A stretch of 64,000 nt of DNA, from the NCBI GenBank assembly GCA_051294905.1, contig CM119374.1, positions 5,580,001-5,644,000 on the forward strand, in the 5' to 3' direction. Positions 13,301 to 25,300 of the stretch are shown one piece after another. The notes beneath the pieces are model-generated. The model saw only the letters and a program-made list of their open reading frames with translations. It ran no database searches and had not been told where the DNA came from. A program made the position numbers and the translations under genes. The DNA comes from Botryllus schlosseri (taxonomy: Eukaryota). Position 1 is the stretch's first letter. Each line of letters starts with the position of its first letter.

Positions 13301-16300
13301 CCGACCCCTCATCACAGTGTTAGCTTTTGCCAAGAAATTAGCTGCACTGTTTAGTGAGCCAGCTCGAAGCGCAAAAATTTTCGATAATTCATGATACAAT
13401 CGGCCAATAAGATCGGGAATTGCATATATATTGCTATCAATATCTTGTCCTCTCTGCTCACGATCAGATTTACCGGAAACTGCAGGGCCCGTAAATAATA
13501 ATTAAACATATTCGGGCGGGCGGACCCGTTGGTATGACTTCGTTACATGATTTTATTTCGTGACCTCCTGTCTGCTATGTCAAAAATATAGAATCGCTCA
13601 AACGTACTAAACTAAAAGACGCACACAATTTCAAAGTGGTATTTCTTCACTGGCATATCTTTTTTCCTGCTGGATGGTATTTGTCTTCTGAGGTTCAGAT
13701 TGCCAAGACAGGAACATATGGCCCATGTCATTTAGGCGCCTATGGACAATTAAACCTTTTAGGTCTGCGTAAGGGCAGTCCGTTTCGGCCAAGCTTTTCG
13801 CGCTGCCGATCGTTCTGGCACACTTCTTGGAGTCGCATGTAATAAGTCCTAAATCATTATATGTCTTGGTGCGTAGTGGCGTCTTAATGGCCAACGCCGA
13901 TAGGTCCATTTATATAAATCTTGCGTGTTTTTTCCTGGGGGAAGAGTACCATTTAATGAAGATATCTGGCAGCTTTAAATCGCGCGCAGCGCGAAAAATT
14001 TTGGAAAAAGTTGCATAAATTTTCAAAAAATACTCTATAATTTATGCTAATTCACGAAATAATTTGGGGCCCCCTTCGAGCTCGGGCCCCCGCCAATTGG
14101 GGGGTTTGGGGTGCGGCAGTTACGGTGCTGTGTTTATGGAACAAATTTTCAGTTCGAATGTCAGCATTTTGGTAAATCGACGAGTGTATATTTCACTAAA
14201 GTGTGGGAATATTAGCCACATAACACTTCCTACATATATTTATCAGAGGAAGTCCTATCAGTTTTTTTCTTCTTGGGAGTTCATTATGTTTCAAGATAAT
14301 GTATGGGATTTCGTTTGTGGTAAAATTTTGTCGTCAAAATTCGCGTTTGACTGAGTAACCAAGATAAAATGACGTCGTCACTACGTCAAAAATGATCTAG
14401 ACATATTCCGTAATATACATTTATTAGGAAATCGTCATTTGTACTGTTCTAATCAAGTAATCGTAAATAGTTGATACCGCAGCCTATACATGTAGATTAG
14501 CCGATAGCTTCAAATATCGCTTGACTTCGAGATTGGTATGAATCAAATTATAGCGCATTCTGGGGAAAGCATTATATTGATCCGTCTCGAACTTCCCACA
14601 CCAAAGATCCAGATTACTAAGCGACTGCATGTCTTGTGTTTGCATGCATCTTGTGTTTGCAAAATAAGTTACTATACCATAACAGAACTAAGCAGCAGAA
14701 TGTGGTAAGCTAGTTTATCTGATTCATAAAACTTTGCTTTCGATCGACGATTGACCATTATTTTATTACAATATTACAATTAAATGTTGATGCAATCCTA
14801 ACGTGTTACACGTAGTCGGCAATTTAAGATATAAATCAGAAGAACTACCCCTTAGTTATGAACTGACTGTACAACCTGCTGTTAGATAAGACTGGATTTG
14901 GGGTAGCTGTACTTCGTAGACCTGACACCGGAGAAGGATTCAGATCCGATCAGATTGTGTTAATTGGCGAACCGATCTCGGCTGGAAGCTTTATCGATGG
15001 AAACAGAGTTCAAGCTTCCATGTTCATTCCCGGAGAAGCGGCCGCTAAGGGTGACCTAAATACTACATCAAGATAAGGTTTTAACATATGATTACAATGT
15101 ATTGACACGGATTTGTTATCGCTAGTATATGCTAATCTACTCACCCGTCGTCTTGTATTATGCACAGACACAATCGATTGGTTTACAGTTCCTCGGTCCA
15201 TATTACGGTATCCACGAAGAGGGCACATTTTAATATTCAATCGATGCGCTAGTTTAGTGTGGACTACAATGTTAGTGAGTTTGGACAAATATATAGGCCA
15301 CGACTAGCTTCACACCATTTCTGGCATAATATATCAATGAGCAAAATACGAACGATACCGAAAGCCGCTCAAACCTATTGAGTTGAGAATGGCTAAACAT
15401 GGCACGACCTGAGCTGGAAAAAAAAAAAAAATTTGTGTGTAGTGTTTTCTGGGGGGAACTTGACAATTTTATCATTAAACGAGAAAAATTTGACAAAAAA
15501 GGGTATTTTTGGACAACCCTGATGTGCAGGCATTGTTCAGTTTCCTAATAATTGTTTTATTCCATTTGCTCACATCTTATGGTGGTGGCGCAAAGTAAAA
15601 CTGGATCCCGAATTTAAAAAGGTTTGGTGTGCAATGAGCATTGTTATAGTGGAAAGAGGCGCTTAATTTCAGTTGTCGAAGAATCGAGAATCGATTTCGA
15701 GAACTCCAATCATGATGCCATGACCTATTATATTACAAAATATACGAAATGTATTTCAGGTTCCAGATCATGGATCGTGGTTTACCGCAATAGCATTTTG
15801 TTCCGGAGAAATACAAATACCAGCGCATCTCGCGTTGAAAGTGACACAACAGTCGTATCAAATGAAGCCGAACTTGCCGACAACATGATATTATCAGCAA
15901 ATGTGTTGACGGAGACGAGTATCACGGGACTAAGTCGGGAGAATATAACATTTTCCGTAAGCAATACAAATAATCGGCGTTCACCAACGAGTAGTTCGTA
16001 TTGAATGAATTTTTTGTGATTTTATTTTTTTCATTCAAAGGAGTCAACACTCAGTGTATACGATCGGATAGCACAAAAATAACTTTTTTGTTCAGATTAT
16101 CACAGCTATTATCTAAACAAAGATTAGCTAAAGATACGTTACGCACCAAATGTGAATCAATTATCACAGTAGGAAAATTTGTAATTCATTATACAAAAAT
16201 GGATTTATTATATAAAAATTACTGTCTACTCCATGGAAATTTCTAGTGGTCGATAAAAAGAAAATTTGGCTCTATTTCAACTGTTAGAAGTAAAGTTTTA

Positions 16301-19300
16301 ATCTCGGATTCGTAAAAAAATAAAAATTACTGTGTGTAGTCCGGGAATTATAGAGGATAAAACAAGAGAAAATTCACTTTTACGAGCTAGAATTGAGTCG
16401 AATTTGTTTTGCAATGTTTTCGTAGACAACTGCACCATTGCATGACGGCAAAACTTGAAAATAAAATAATATTTTTATATTCAAAATTTCCAAACTAATA
16501 GTCGTGGGAATTGTGTCGAATTTGGTATAGATCGTTTTGTTAGCCAGCCTACAAAAGTTAGCGTATAGCCTAAAATTCTGTCAATAGTAGTTATTTTCGA
16601 ACGACTCCAGCATACATAGTATATTCTGGTTCAAATTCAATGTTTACTGCGCAGGAGCCAGACTCATCCAGACATGTGATAAAGATGAGTGAAATTCCAC
16701 ATAAAGCAACGAGATAAAAGGACCATGAATCTGATATAATTGCAGCTTTCCTGTTATTTAAACCGGGGAACACTTGCGCCAGAGGACTCGACCACGAGGC
16801 ACGCAGCCGCATGCGGCCAGCGCGGTTATTTTGTGCGGCTCGCGCAAGCATTTTCGATTTCGAAAATAGTTAACTGTCACATATCTTTTTTATAATTGGG
16901 AACTTAAAGTTCACTCTAAAACTGGTCCAAAAACCTCAACCTACTCATAAAACTTTAATATCGCAACGTTACAATGCGGTGGAAGATCTGTTATTACGTC
17001 ACATTACATGTTCATGAATATAAAAATGACCCGTTGATGATTCGTGTGATTTTCGTTGGTGCGCGATATGTCGTAGAATTACTCGAACTCAGACTGAAAG
17101 GGTGATAAAATCAAGAGGACTCCAGTGGAGTCGATTCAAACGTTAAAATCAGAGAAGGACTTGTGACTTGGAACGTCGTGGTTTCGTAAAGCCATGGATG
17201 CATCAAATGCAATCAAACTGTCGTCAGGGATAGTAGTAGCCTATATCGAAAGGTCATAGCGAGCGTGGCACAGCGTATCGGATTTCCCTATCGAAGCAAG
17301 TCGGTATTCGCATGCTGTTGCCACCCTGATACCACCCATTGCCACCCATTCGCATGCTGTTGCCACCCTGATGTATATCGTTAGTTACAACTTGGGTCTC
17401 TCTGTCCAAGTTATTATCGCCAATTAATGGTTGCTATCACCAATTGAAGGTGGCGAGTAACTAGGTGGTAGGCCTACAATGGACAGCTGTAACAGTAACA
17501 CCGGCGGATTGTCAGGCGATTGGACATTCCATTAGTATGAGAAATTAATTTCGTATTCATATTGGTATTTATCTGTTTCAATATTCGAAGGTAAATCTAA
17601 CGCTGATTTAATCTGACTTTGGCAATGACATGATCAATAGCCTGCTTATCGGGAGTGAGTCCGAAACTTGGATTGGGTTGCACTGTTCGAATATTCTGAT
17701 ATTATATCAATCCTTGGTAAATTCTTAAAGATTTTACCTATAATCGGGGCACATCAAATGTCCGCGAGCTGCGAAATTCTCACGCTACGGTTTTTACGGT
17801 GTCATGATGCATTTGTCCCCTTGCATTGTGCCTGTGTCTCATTATTTTGCCAAGTTATGCCAATTACAACAACAATTTTATTCAAATATTAAAAATGTGT
17901 TAATGATCATGCCAGGCGTGAATATTACGATAATACAACGCACGGTGTGTGTCGAATGCCAATGTACAAGGCCCGTCAAATAAGGCCTATATACTTCGAA
18001 ATACATTTAATCTCCCTACTATTGATGCTGCTGCCCGCGGTGAAATCGAACGGGAATTGGCCCGCGAGCAAATTTGAGTTAGAGACCTCTGACTTACGCG
18101 AATATCCAAATCAGAAAGTCAGAACGAATGTGTTACCGAACTTCACATCTAATATGTTACTATGGATGACTAATGGATTGTGCATCAGCAACAGTCTCAA
18201 AAACAGAGCTAATATAGTATGATTTTCACAGACAACGAAAACATTACATCCAATATATTCATTTCAAGTCAGCATGACCCATGTTGTACTTTGATAGTAT
18301 CAGAATATAATCGTATTGTTAGGTCGAAACAGAACAGCGTGATTATTTCAATATCTAATAACTAGTTTTTGATGCAGCTGTATCCGTGTAAACGTGCACT
18401 CATTGTTCACAAGAGTTGTATTAGTTGCGTTTAATTTCCTCAAAAGTACCACTAAAAAGATGCATTTTCCGTTCCGTATCCGAGGCACTGTATCAAAACT
18501 CAATGTTGGCGACTTCGACCAAATCAATAGCCTGAAAAATTTACACGGTGAAAATATAATTTTCGGCGGTCTAGCCTGAATGTACGTCAAAACAGCAAGG
18601 ACCTCCGATTTAAATGACAGTTTAATAATCTATTTATATATAGTGCCAAATATTTTCAGTAAAATGTTATTTTCCTAACAAATCGAAAAAATTGCAAAGT
18701 GTTGCATAAAAATCGAAAAAAGTGGTAGAAATTAGCATGAAAATCGAAAAAGTTGCAAAAGGTTGCATGACAAAATGAAAAAAAGTACCAAAAGTTACAA
18801 TATAAGATTTCTCTAAACAGATTAAACCACCATACTACATAGCTTCTTAGTATTTGAGTAGCTGCCGAAAGTTGTCAAAAAAGTTACAAAAGTTGCAAAA
18901 ACTTACCCTACTATTACCGTAATAAATATTGGTGATAGAATCGGCATTTCGGAATATCGGGTCTCAACTTTGAACAGCAACTTCTGCTGCATACGCCAAG
19001 GTATGTTACGTGCCGCTACAACAGTGACCATTCCACTACCACTGAAAGCCGTGTGAGACCATAAACCTTGTGCATGAGTTGAATGTCTATCCTGGCCTCC
19101 ATAGGATCTCGAGAGACTTCCCTAGTGAACTCCCGGGCTTCCCGGGGATGACCTACCGTTTAACCCGTTTTAATGCAATGCAGATTCAATGATAATCAGA
19201 AATAAGCTGCTACTTTGTAACTAGGAATTTCTCAATGACATCTGGAAATTATTTTTCCAGCTCCCAGTTTTAGAAATCACCGACAAAACGCCGGTATGCG

Positions 19301-22300
19301 CATATTGGCTCGAACATGTCACTGATTGGTCGCCGGACGGATGTACTGTTAGCGATGAAAGCACAAACGGGTCGCTGATCTGCACTTGTAACCATCTCAC
19401 TAACTTCGCATCTCTTTTTGTAAGTAGCTTTAGCTTTGTTCAGGTATTGGATAGTAATAGAAGCCAATTATTTCTATCATGCATTGGAAAATAGACACAA
19501 TAATCCAGGGGCGTCAAACATACAACCCGCAGGCCGCATTTGGCCCGCGAAGCTATTCAGTGTAAATTGAAAAATTATGTATCATCCATTGCATTTCTTC
19601 ACGGCTTAAAGAGAAACGCGTAATGCAATTTCATCATATAATATAAAGCCTGGTGATAAAGTATTCCAGTGATAAACAAGGATATGGCCTTCGACAAGAT
19701 AGCATGTTGGAATCATTTGATTGGTGCGACTCGCGAGGGATGTACAGAGTTTAATCCGACCCTCGGCCCAAGTGGATTTTGACACCCCTGCATTATTTCT
19801 ATTATTGTAGTGTATAAATATCTTCACTTGTTTCATGTTTTGTCATGTAATTTGAAACAATTTTCTCGCCGTTGGTATGCATGGGACAGCTTAAAGCAGT
19901 GGTTCCCAACGTGGGCGATATCGCCCCCCAGGGGGCGATTTGTCGTTCCAGGGGGGCGAAAATAGCCAAGGGGCGATAGGGGGGCGATGGCACGTTGAAA
20001 TGGCTATATTGGCGTCCATGACCGTGACTTCCACACCCAAACCCCCAATTGGACTGGGGGGCCTGAGCTCGATGGGGGCCCACAATTTCTTCATGAATTA
20101 ACAATAATTATAGATTATAATTTTGGAAATTTAGGCAACTTTTTCAAAAAAAATTCGCGCTGTGCGCCATTTCTTCGTCGCGCATTTCTTGCTTATTGGA
20201 TACCCTTCTTCCAAGAAATATTAAGAATCAGTTATAGAAATAGGCATCTCGGCGTCAGCCATTGTCACCCCATGACGCACCAAGACATATGAAGTTTCAG
20301 GCCATGTAACATGCAACTACGAGAAGTGTGCCAGAACGAGAAAACCTTGGCGGAAAAGGGCTGCCTTTATACTGACCGACTTCGATATATATACGATATA
20401 CGTATATATTTAATCGTCCATAGGCGCCTAAATGGCTGTCGCCAAATGTTCCTGTCCTGGCAATCAGAACCCCACAAAAAATGCCATCTCGCAGAGAAAA
20501 ATTATTTGCTAGTGCAGAAATATCAATTTGAAATCATATGCGTCTTTTAGTTCAGTACGTATGGGCAATTTGAATATCTTTTGACATAGCAGACACGAAA
20601 TGTCATTACATACCCATGGGTTCGCCCGAATCTGTTCAATTATTACGTAGGGGCCCTACATTTCCAAGACGCCTCACTTAGCTTTACCGGTAAATCTGAA
20701 TACATGAGCAGAGAGAGGATAAAAAATTGACAGCAATATATATGCAATTCCCGATCATATTGACCGATTTAATCATGAATGATTGAAAATTGAGAAGTGG
20801 CGGTAAAAAGGTATCGGGGAAATTGGGTCTGAGCGCTGCAAAAGTTTGCTTTATCGCCCTATGTAGGGGGGGCAAGACCAACGTATTGGGATGGGGGTTG
20901 GCTGACGAAGTGCTGTTACGGGCCTTTTGGAACCAAGTCGGAGAAATCACCTTTTTTGTTAGTCAACTCACCAAATTTAGCTGGAAAAGTGTAATTTCGA
21001 GGTCGAGCCGAAAAGTTGACCTTTTTTCTTAGTCTACTCGCCGGTGATTTCAGTCTGTATGCCCATTTTTTGGTTCCCAATATTTGGGGGCCGATGATCG
21101 GTGTGGAGTGTTAAAAGGGGGCGATGAGCCGAAAAGGTTGGGAACCACTGGCTTAAAGGAAGTAAAACCTTCCACAGGACACCACTTCCGTCGTTACCTC
21201 GATATATGCTCTGGACATAATCACCAGCGTCGGTTGCTCGATATCATCAGTGGCCCTGATAGCCGTTATATTCATATACACCTTCTGCGCACCGTGAGTA
21301 GTACTTTCAGTGGTTTTCAGTAGAGAAGTACATCTAATTTTCAAATACTTCAAGCGTATTTTTCCATTAGTTCTCCAAGTGGTTATCATTTTAGAATAAT
21401 TTCACTTCGTCAAATTTCCACTTTTTTAGCAAAAAAGTAGCCCTACCATAAATACTTTTTGCTTGCTTGCTAATCGCTGCTTGTATCTCCACTTGTGTAG
21501 AAATGTGTGGCTTCGCTTCTACTTGTGTTGACAGTGTGGCTACTTGCACCAGCTCTGGTGATTTTGAAATCATTCATTTCAAAGATTTTGTAATGGGCCA
21601 CTAGTCCGCTTTACTTACCTTCAGCAAATCAACGTTACTAAGGCTTGCACTGCGTAAACGAGCGGATAGCGTCCATATTCGATTAGTATCAATCAATCCA
21701 AAAGAGTTTTTGTACTAATAATTCAGTAGTTCCCTCACTGGGCGATTTATGAAAAGGCGAGGAAAACACTAAAGGGGTTTGTTTGTAGTATGGTATTCAT
21801 GGTGTATGTCGACTGCTATGGTCATGTACGTCAGGCTGCCGACTTGTAGCATGGCCCACTTCTAGGCTTTTTATAAGTCACCGCTTACACGGATGATATG
21901 GCGTGGAGGAGCCTATATAAACCTCCAACACTTGGGTAGGATTTCTGGATTCGACCACGGTCGGACTTCGACCCACAACCCATTGGTGTTGTAGTTGTGG
22001 ATTATACCAGTGCGCTATCTCGCCACAAACCAAAGGGGTGATGGGGGGCGAAATTGTTCGAACGTCCAGTGAGGTAAATTTAATTACCACGACTAAAATA
22101 CACGTGAAGACGGCTTATTCTGCATATGATCCTACATTTGACTAAAAACAAGGGCCAATCAAACTGTAAGTAGTCGCGGAAACCGGTTTTCTGAGCACAG
22201 TCTCGGAAAAATGATTTTTTTTCAGTCAATTCAACAGCGATCAGAGTTGCGTTAATTAATTTCCCCTTAATGTGCACTTTTTTACGGATCCGTAAATCAG

Positions 22301-25300
22301 TGTTGGGATGACTCGAGTCATGACTTGACTCGAGTCACTTTGCTAAAATGACTTGACCTGACTTGTCTTGGCGTCTCTAAAATGTGGATTGACTCGTGAC
22401 TCGGAGCAAAATTCACGAGCCAATTTCAAGTCATCAAGTAATCGGTGTCGATAAAAATCACTGTATCTTGCATCTGTTCGTAATGTTCGCGAAACGCTGT
22501 TGTAACCCGTGGGAGCGTTTTACTAGGCCTCCATTGTACTCTCACAAATAAATTTACCGCAAACGGAGTGATCGGAGATAGCGCCCACCAATCTGACGTA
22601 CCGGGTCCGATTCCCGTCGGAGGTTTATCTGGGCTCCTCTTCCCCCGCCGTTGACGTTGCCCCCGCCGTTGCCGTGGACAAAAAAGCCCAGTAAAAAGAC
22701 CCGACGAAACAAAGCACTCACAAGGAATGGAAAGAACTAGTAGAAAGGGTGCCGGCTTCAAAGAAGATAAACATCGAAAAGAACCGTGACATCGGGCCCT
22801 CTAGGCCAGTGGTTCCCAACCGGGGGCCCGTGGCCCCCTTGGGGAGCCACGAGCCAGTTGCAGGGGGGCCACGATAACGAAAGATTTTTCACCAACTTTT
22901 CCGTTTGACGGTTTTGAATTCGTGCTATTTCCTCGGTGTCGTGCAGTCTGCTGCGTAAGATCGGAACCACTGCATCACAGTGGGTGCTTCGTACGTCACT
23001 GTTACGCTAACGCGTGAAGTTTCAAATATGACATCACAATTGTGGTAAAGTCGAGGATCAGAGATGGCTGAATCTTGCATACAGATAACGAAGACGAGGT
23101 CCTAGTTAGCGGTTGTACCTCTTCAGCAGGCTAGTTGTAGTTTTTCTATCAGTCTCTGTCGGGAGTAAGGGGTTGGTACGATACCTGTGTGTTGTTCTGC
23201 CGTATGGGGTGGGCGGTATGCCGGTATGAAAATCATGCGGTATGCCGTACGTGAGAAATCTGTAATGCCGGTATCCCGGTATAGCTGTATTACGCTACGT
23301 CAAGAAAATGCAGCTAGTAGTCTCGTTCTCATGAGCTCAAAATAACGGAATTGAATCTTTTCATATCAAATATAGAGAACCAACGGTCAAACCTAGCCTA
23401 TTTTAGACTCAAAAAGAAATCACCGTAAATTTTAAATTCAAAATGCCTAAAGTTCGAAAATGGAAAGAAAGTTATGTTACTTTCGGCTTTACAAAAGTTC
23501 TCCGAGATTGCCTAGAATGCGCGCAATGTATGCATTGCTCGTATGTTATGTCCAATGCGTCATTACGTCCATCCAAACTCAGAAACCACCACGACAAGAA
23601 TCATCCGCGGAGAAATGACATTGGCAACGATGCTTTGGCTGCTAAGCGAGTACGATTCGACCGTGAAGCAACACTAAACCATTTCGGATTCCTGCCGGAG
23701 GAAAAGCCAGCTCTTCAATGCAGCTATGAAGTGGCATATCGGATTGCAAGGTGCAAGAAGCCGCACACTATAGCCGAGGACCTTATCAAGCCATGTGCGG
23801 AGAAAATGGTAGAACTACTGATAGGACCTGCAGAAAAGAAAAAGATTCAGAAGATTCCTCTTTCAAATAATACGATTCGCCGACGCATTGATGATATGGC
23901 TGTCAATGTATGTCAGCAAGTTTGCTCTGAAATCAAGCAAAGCAAGATTCAGGCTAGCCTTCAGCTGGACGAATCTACTGATTGCGCTCTGGAAAATCAC
24001 TTGATTGCCTTTGCTCGCTATGAAAAAGAGGGAAAGATAAAAGAAGAATTCTTGTTTTGCAATACCATGCCAGGCACCACCACCGCAGTGGATGTGAAGA
24101 CTATTGTGAACTCGTTTTTCGATGCGAATGGACTCGGCTGGCAAAATTTCAAACATATATGTACGGATGGTGCTCCAGCGATGGTTGGTGTCAAAGGGGG
24201 GTTCGTCACGCTTGTGAAGAAAGAATGGCCCCACGTGACGTCCTCGCACTGCTCATTACATCGGTACGCTCTTGCATCAAAAACTCTACCTTCCAGTATG
24301 ATGAAAGTTATGGACGACGCGGTAAAAGTGATTAACTTCATACGTGCGAGGGCCAAAAACCACAGACTCTTTCAAATTCTTACCAAAGAAATGGGAGCTG
24401 AACATGTTCGGCTCCTATTTTATACAAATGTTCGATGGCTATCCAGAGGGAAATGTCTCTCACGGCTATATGAACTCCGTGTTGAGGTGGAAATCTTTCT
24501 GCGAGAAAACAAAAACAATCTCCACGCCCACTTTCAAAATGACGAGTTTGTCATGATACTGGCGTATTTGGCAGATGTATTTGGGTGCTTTAATGAAATG
24601 AACCTTTCCCTACAAGGCCGTGATGTAACAGTCGGTGACGTTCAAGATAAACTAGCTGGAATATGCGCTCGAATTGGAGTTTGGGGAGAACGAATCAAGG
24701 TACGCTCAACTTTCTCGTTCCCTCTGTTAAGCCAATACCTGGAAATCAAAAAAGTTGAGTTACCCGTGGGCATCCAAACTTGCATCTCTGAGCACCTGAG
24801 AGTCGTCTCTGCTGAGTTTGAATCTTATTTTCCCGAAAAACGTGTGCATAATCCGTGGTACAAAGACCCGTTCAACACCGAAATTGACCCTATTGAAGAA
24901 GAGGCAGAGGAACTGGCAGAACTACAGGTTTCAAATGCGCTAAAATTGGTTTTTGAAAACAGAGAAGATTTTGCCAGTTTCTGGATGTCTCTTTACGATT
25001 CATATCCGCTACTCAGCAAGAAAGCTTCTGTGCTGCTCGTTCAATTTGCCACAACCTATCTTTGTGAATCTGGGTTTTCTGATCTGGCTACCATCAAAAC
25101 AAAATCTAGAAACCGTCTCGATGTTGGCAGTGACATTCGTCTTGCTGTGTCGAAGACTGAGCCAAATATAAAGAGCCTCGTCAGACGATCCCAAGAGCAA
25201 ATCTCGCATTGATGGTCAATTAAACTTCGTTGACTTTGTTTTGTTTCGTTTTGTTTTGTTTGCTTTTGAACACCATCAAAGATGGCATCAAAATAATAAA

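Noticed and set aside
22560-22625. tRNA gene (GGGTCCGATTCCCG B-box-like)
   Set aside because: No cloverleaf could be folded; more likely a SINE head fragment inside the MITE.
23863-24356. Overlapping antisense ORFs in the Buster transposase (and similar ones in the other TE ORFs)
   Set aside because: Shadow ORFs of real coding sequence.
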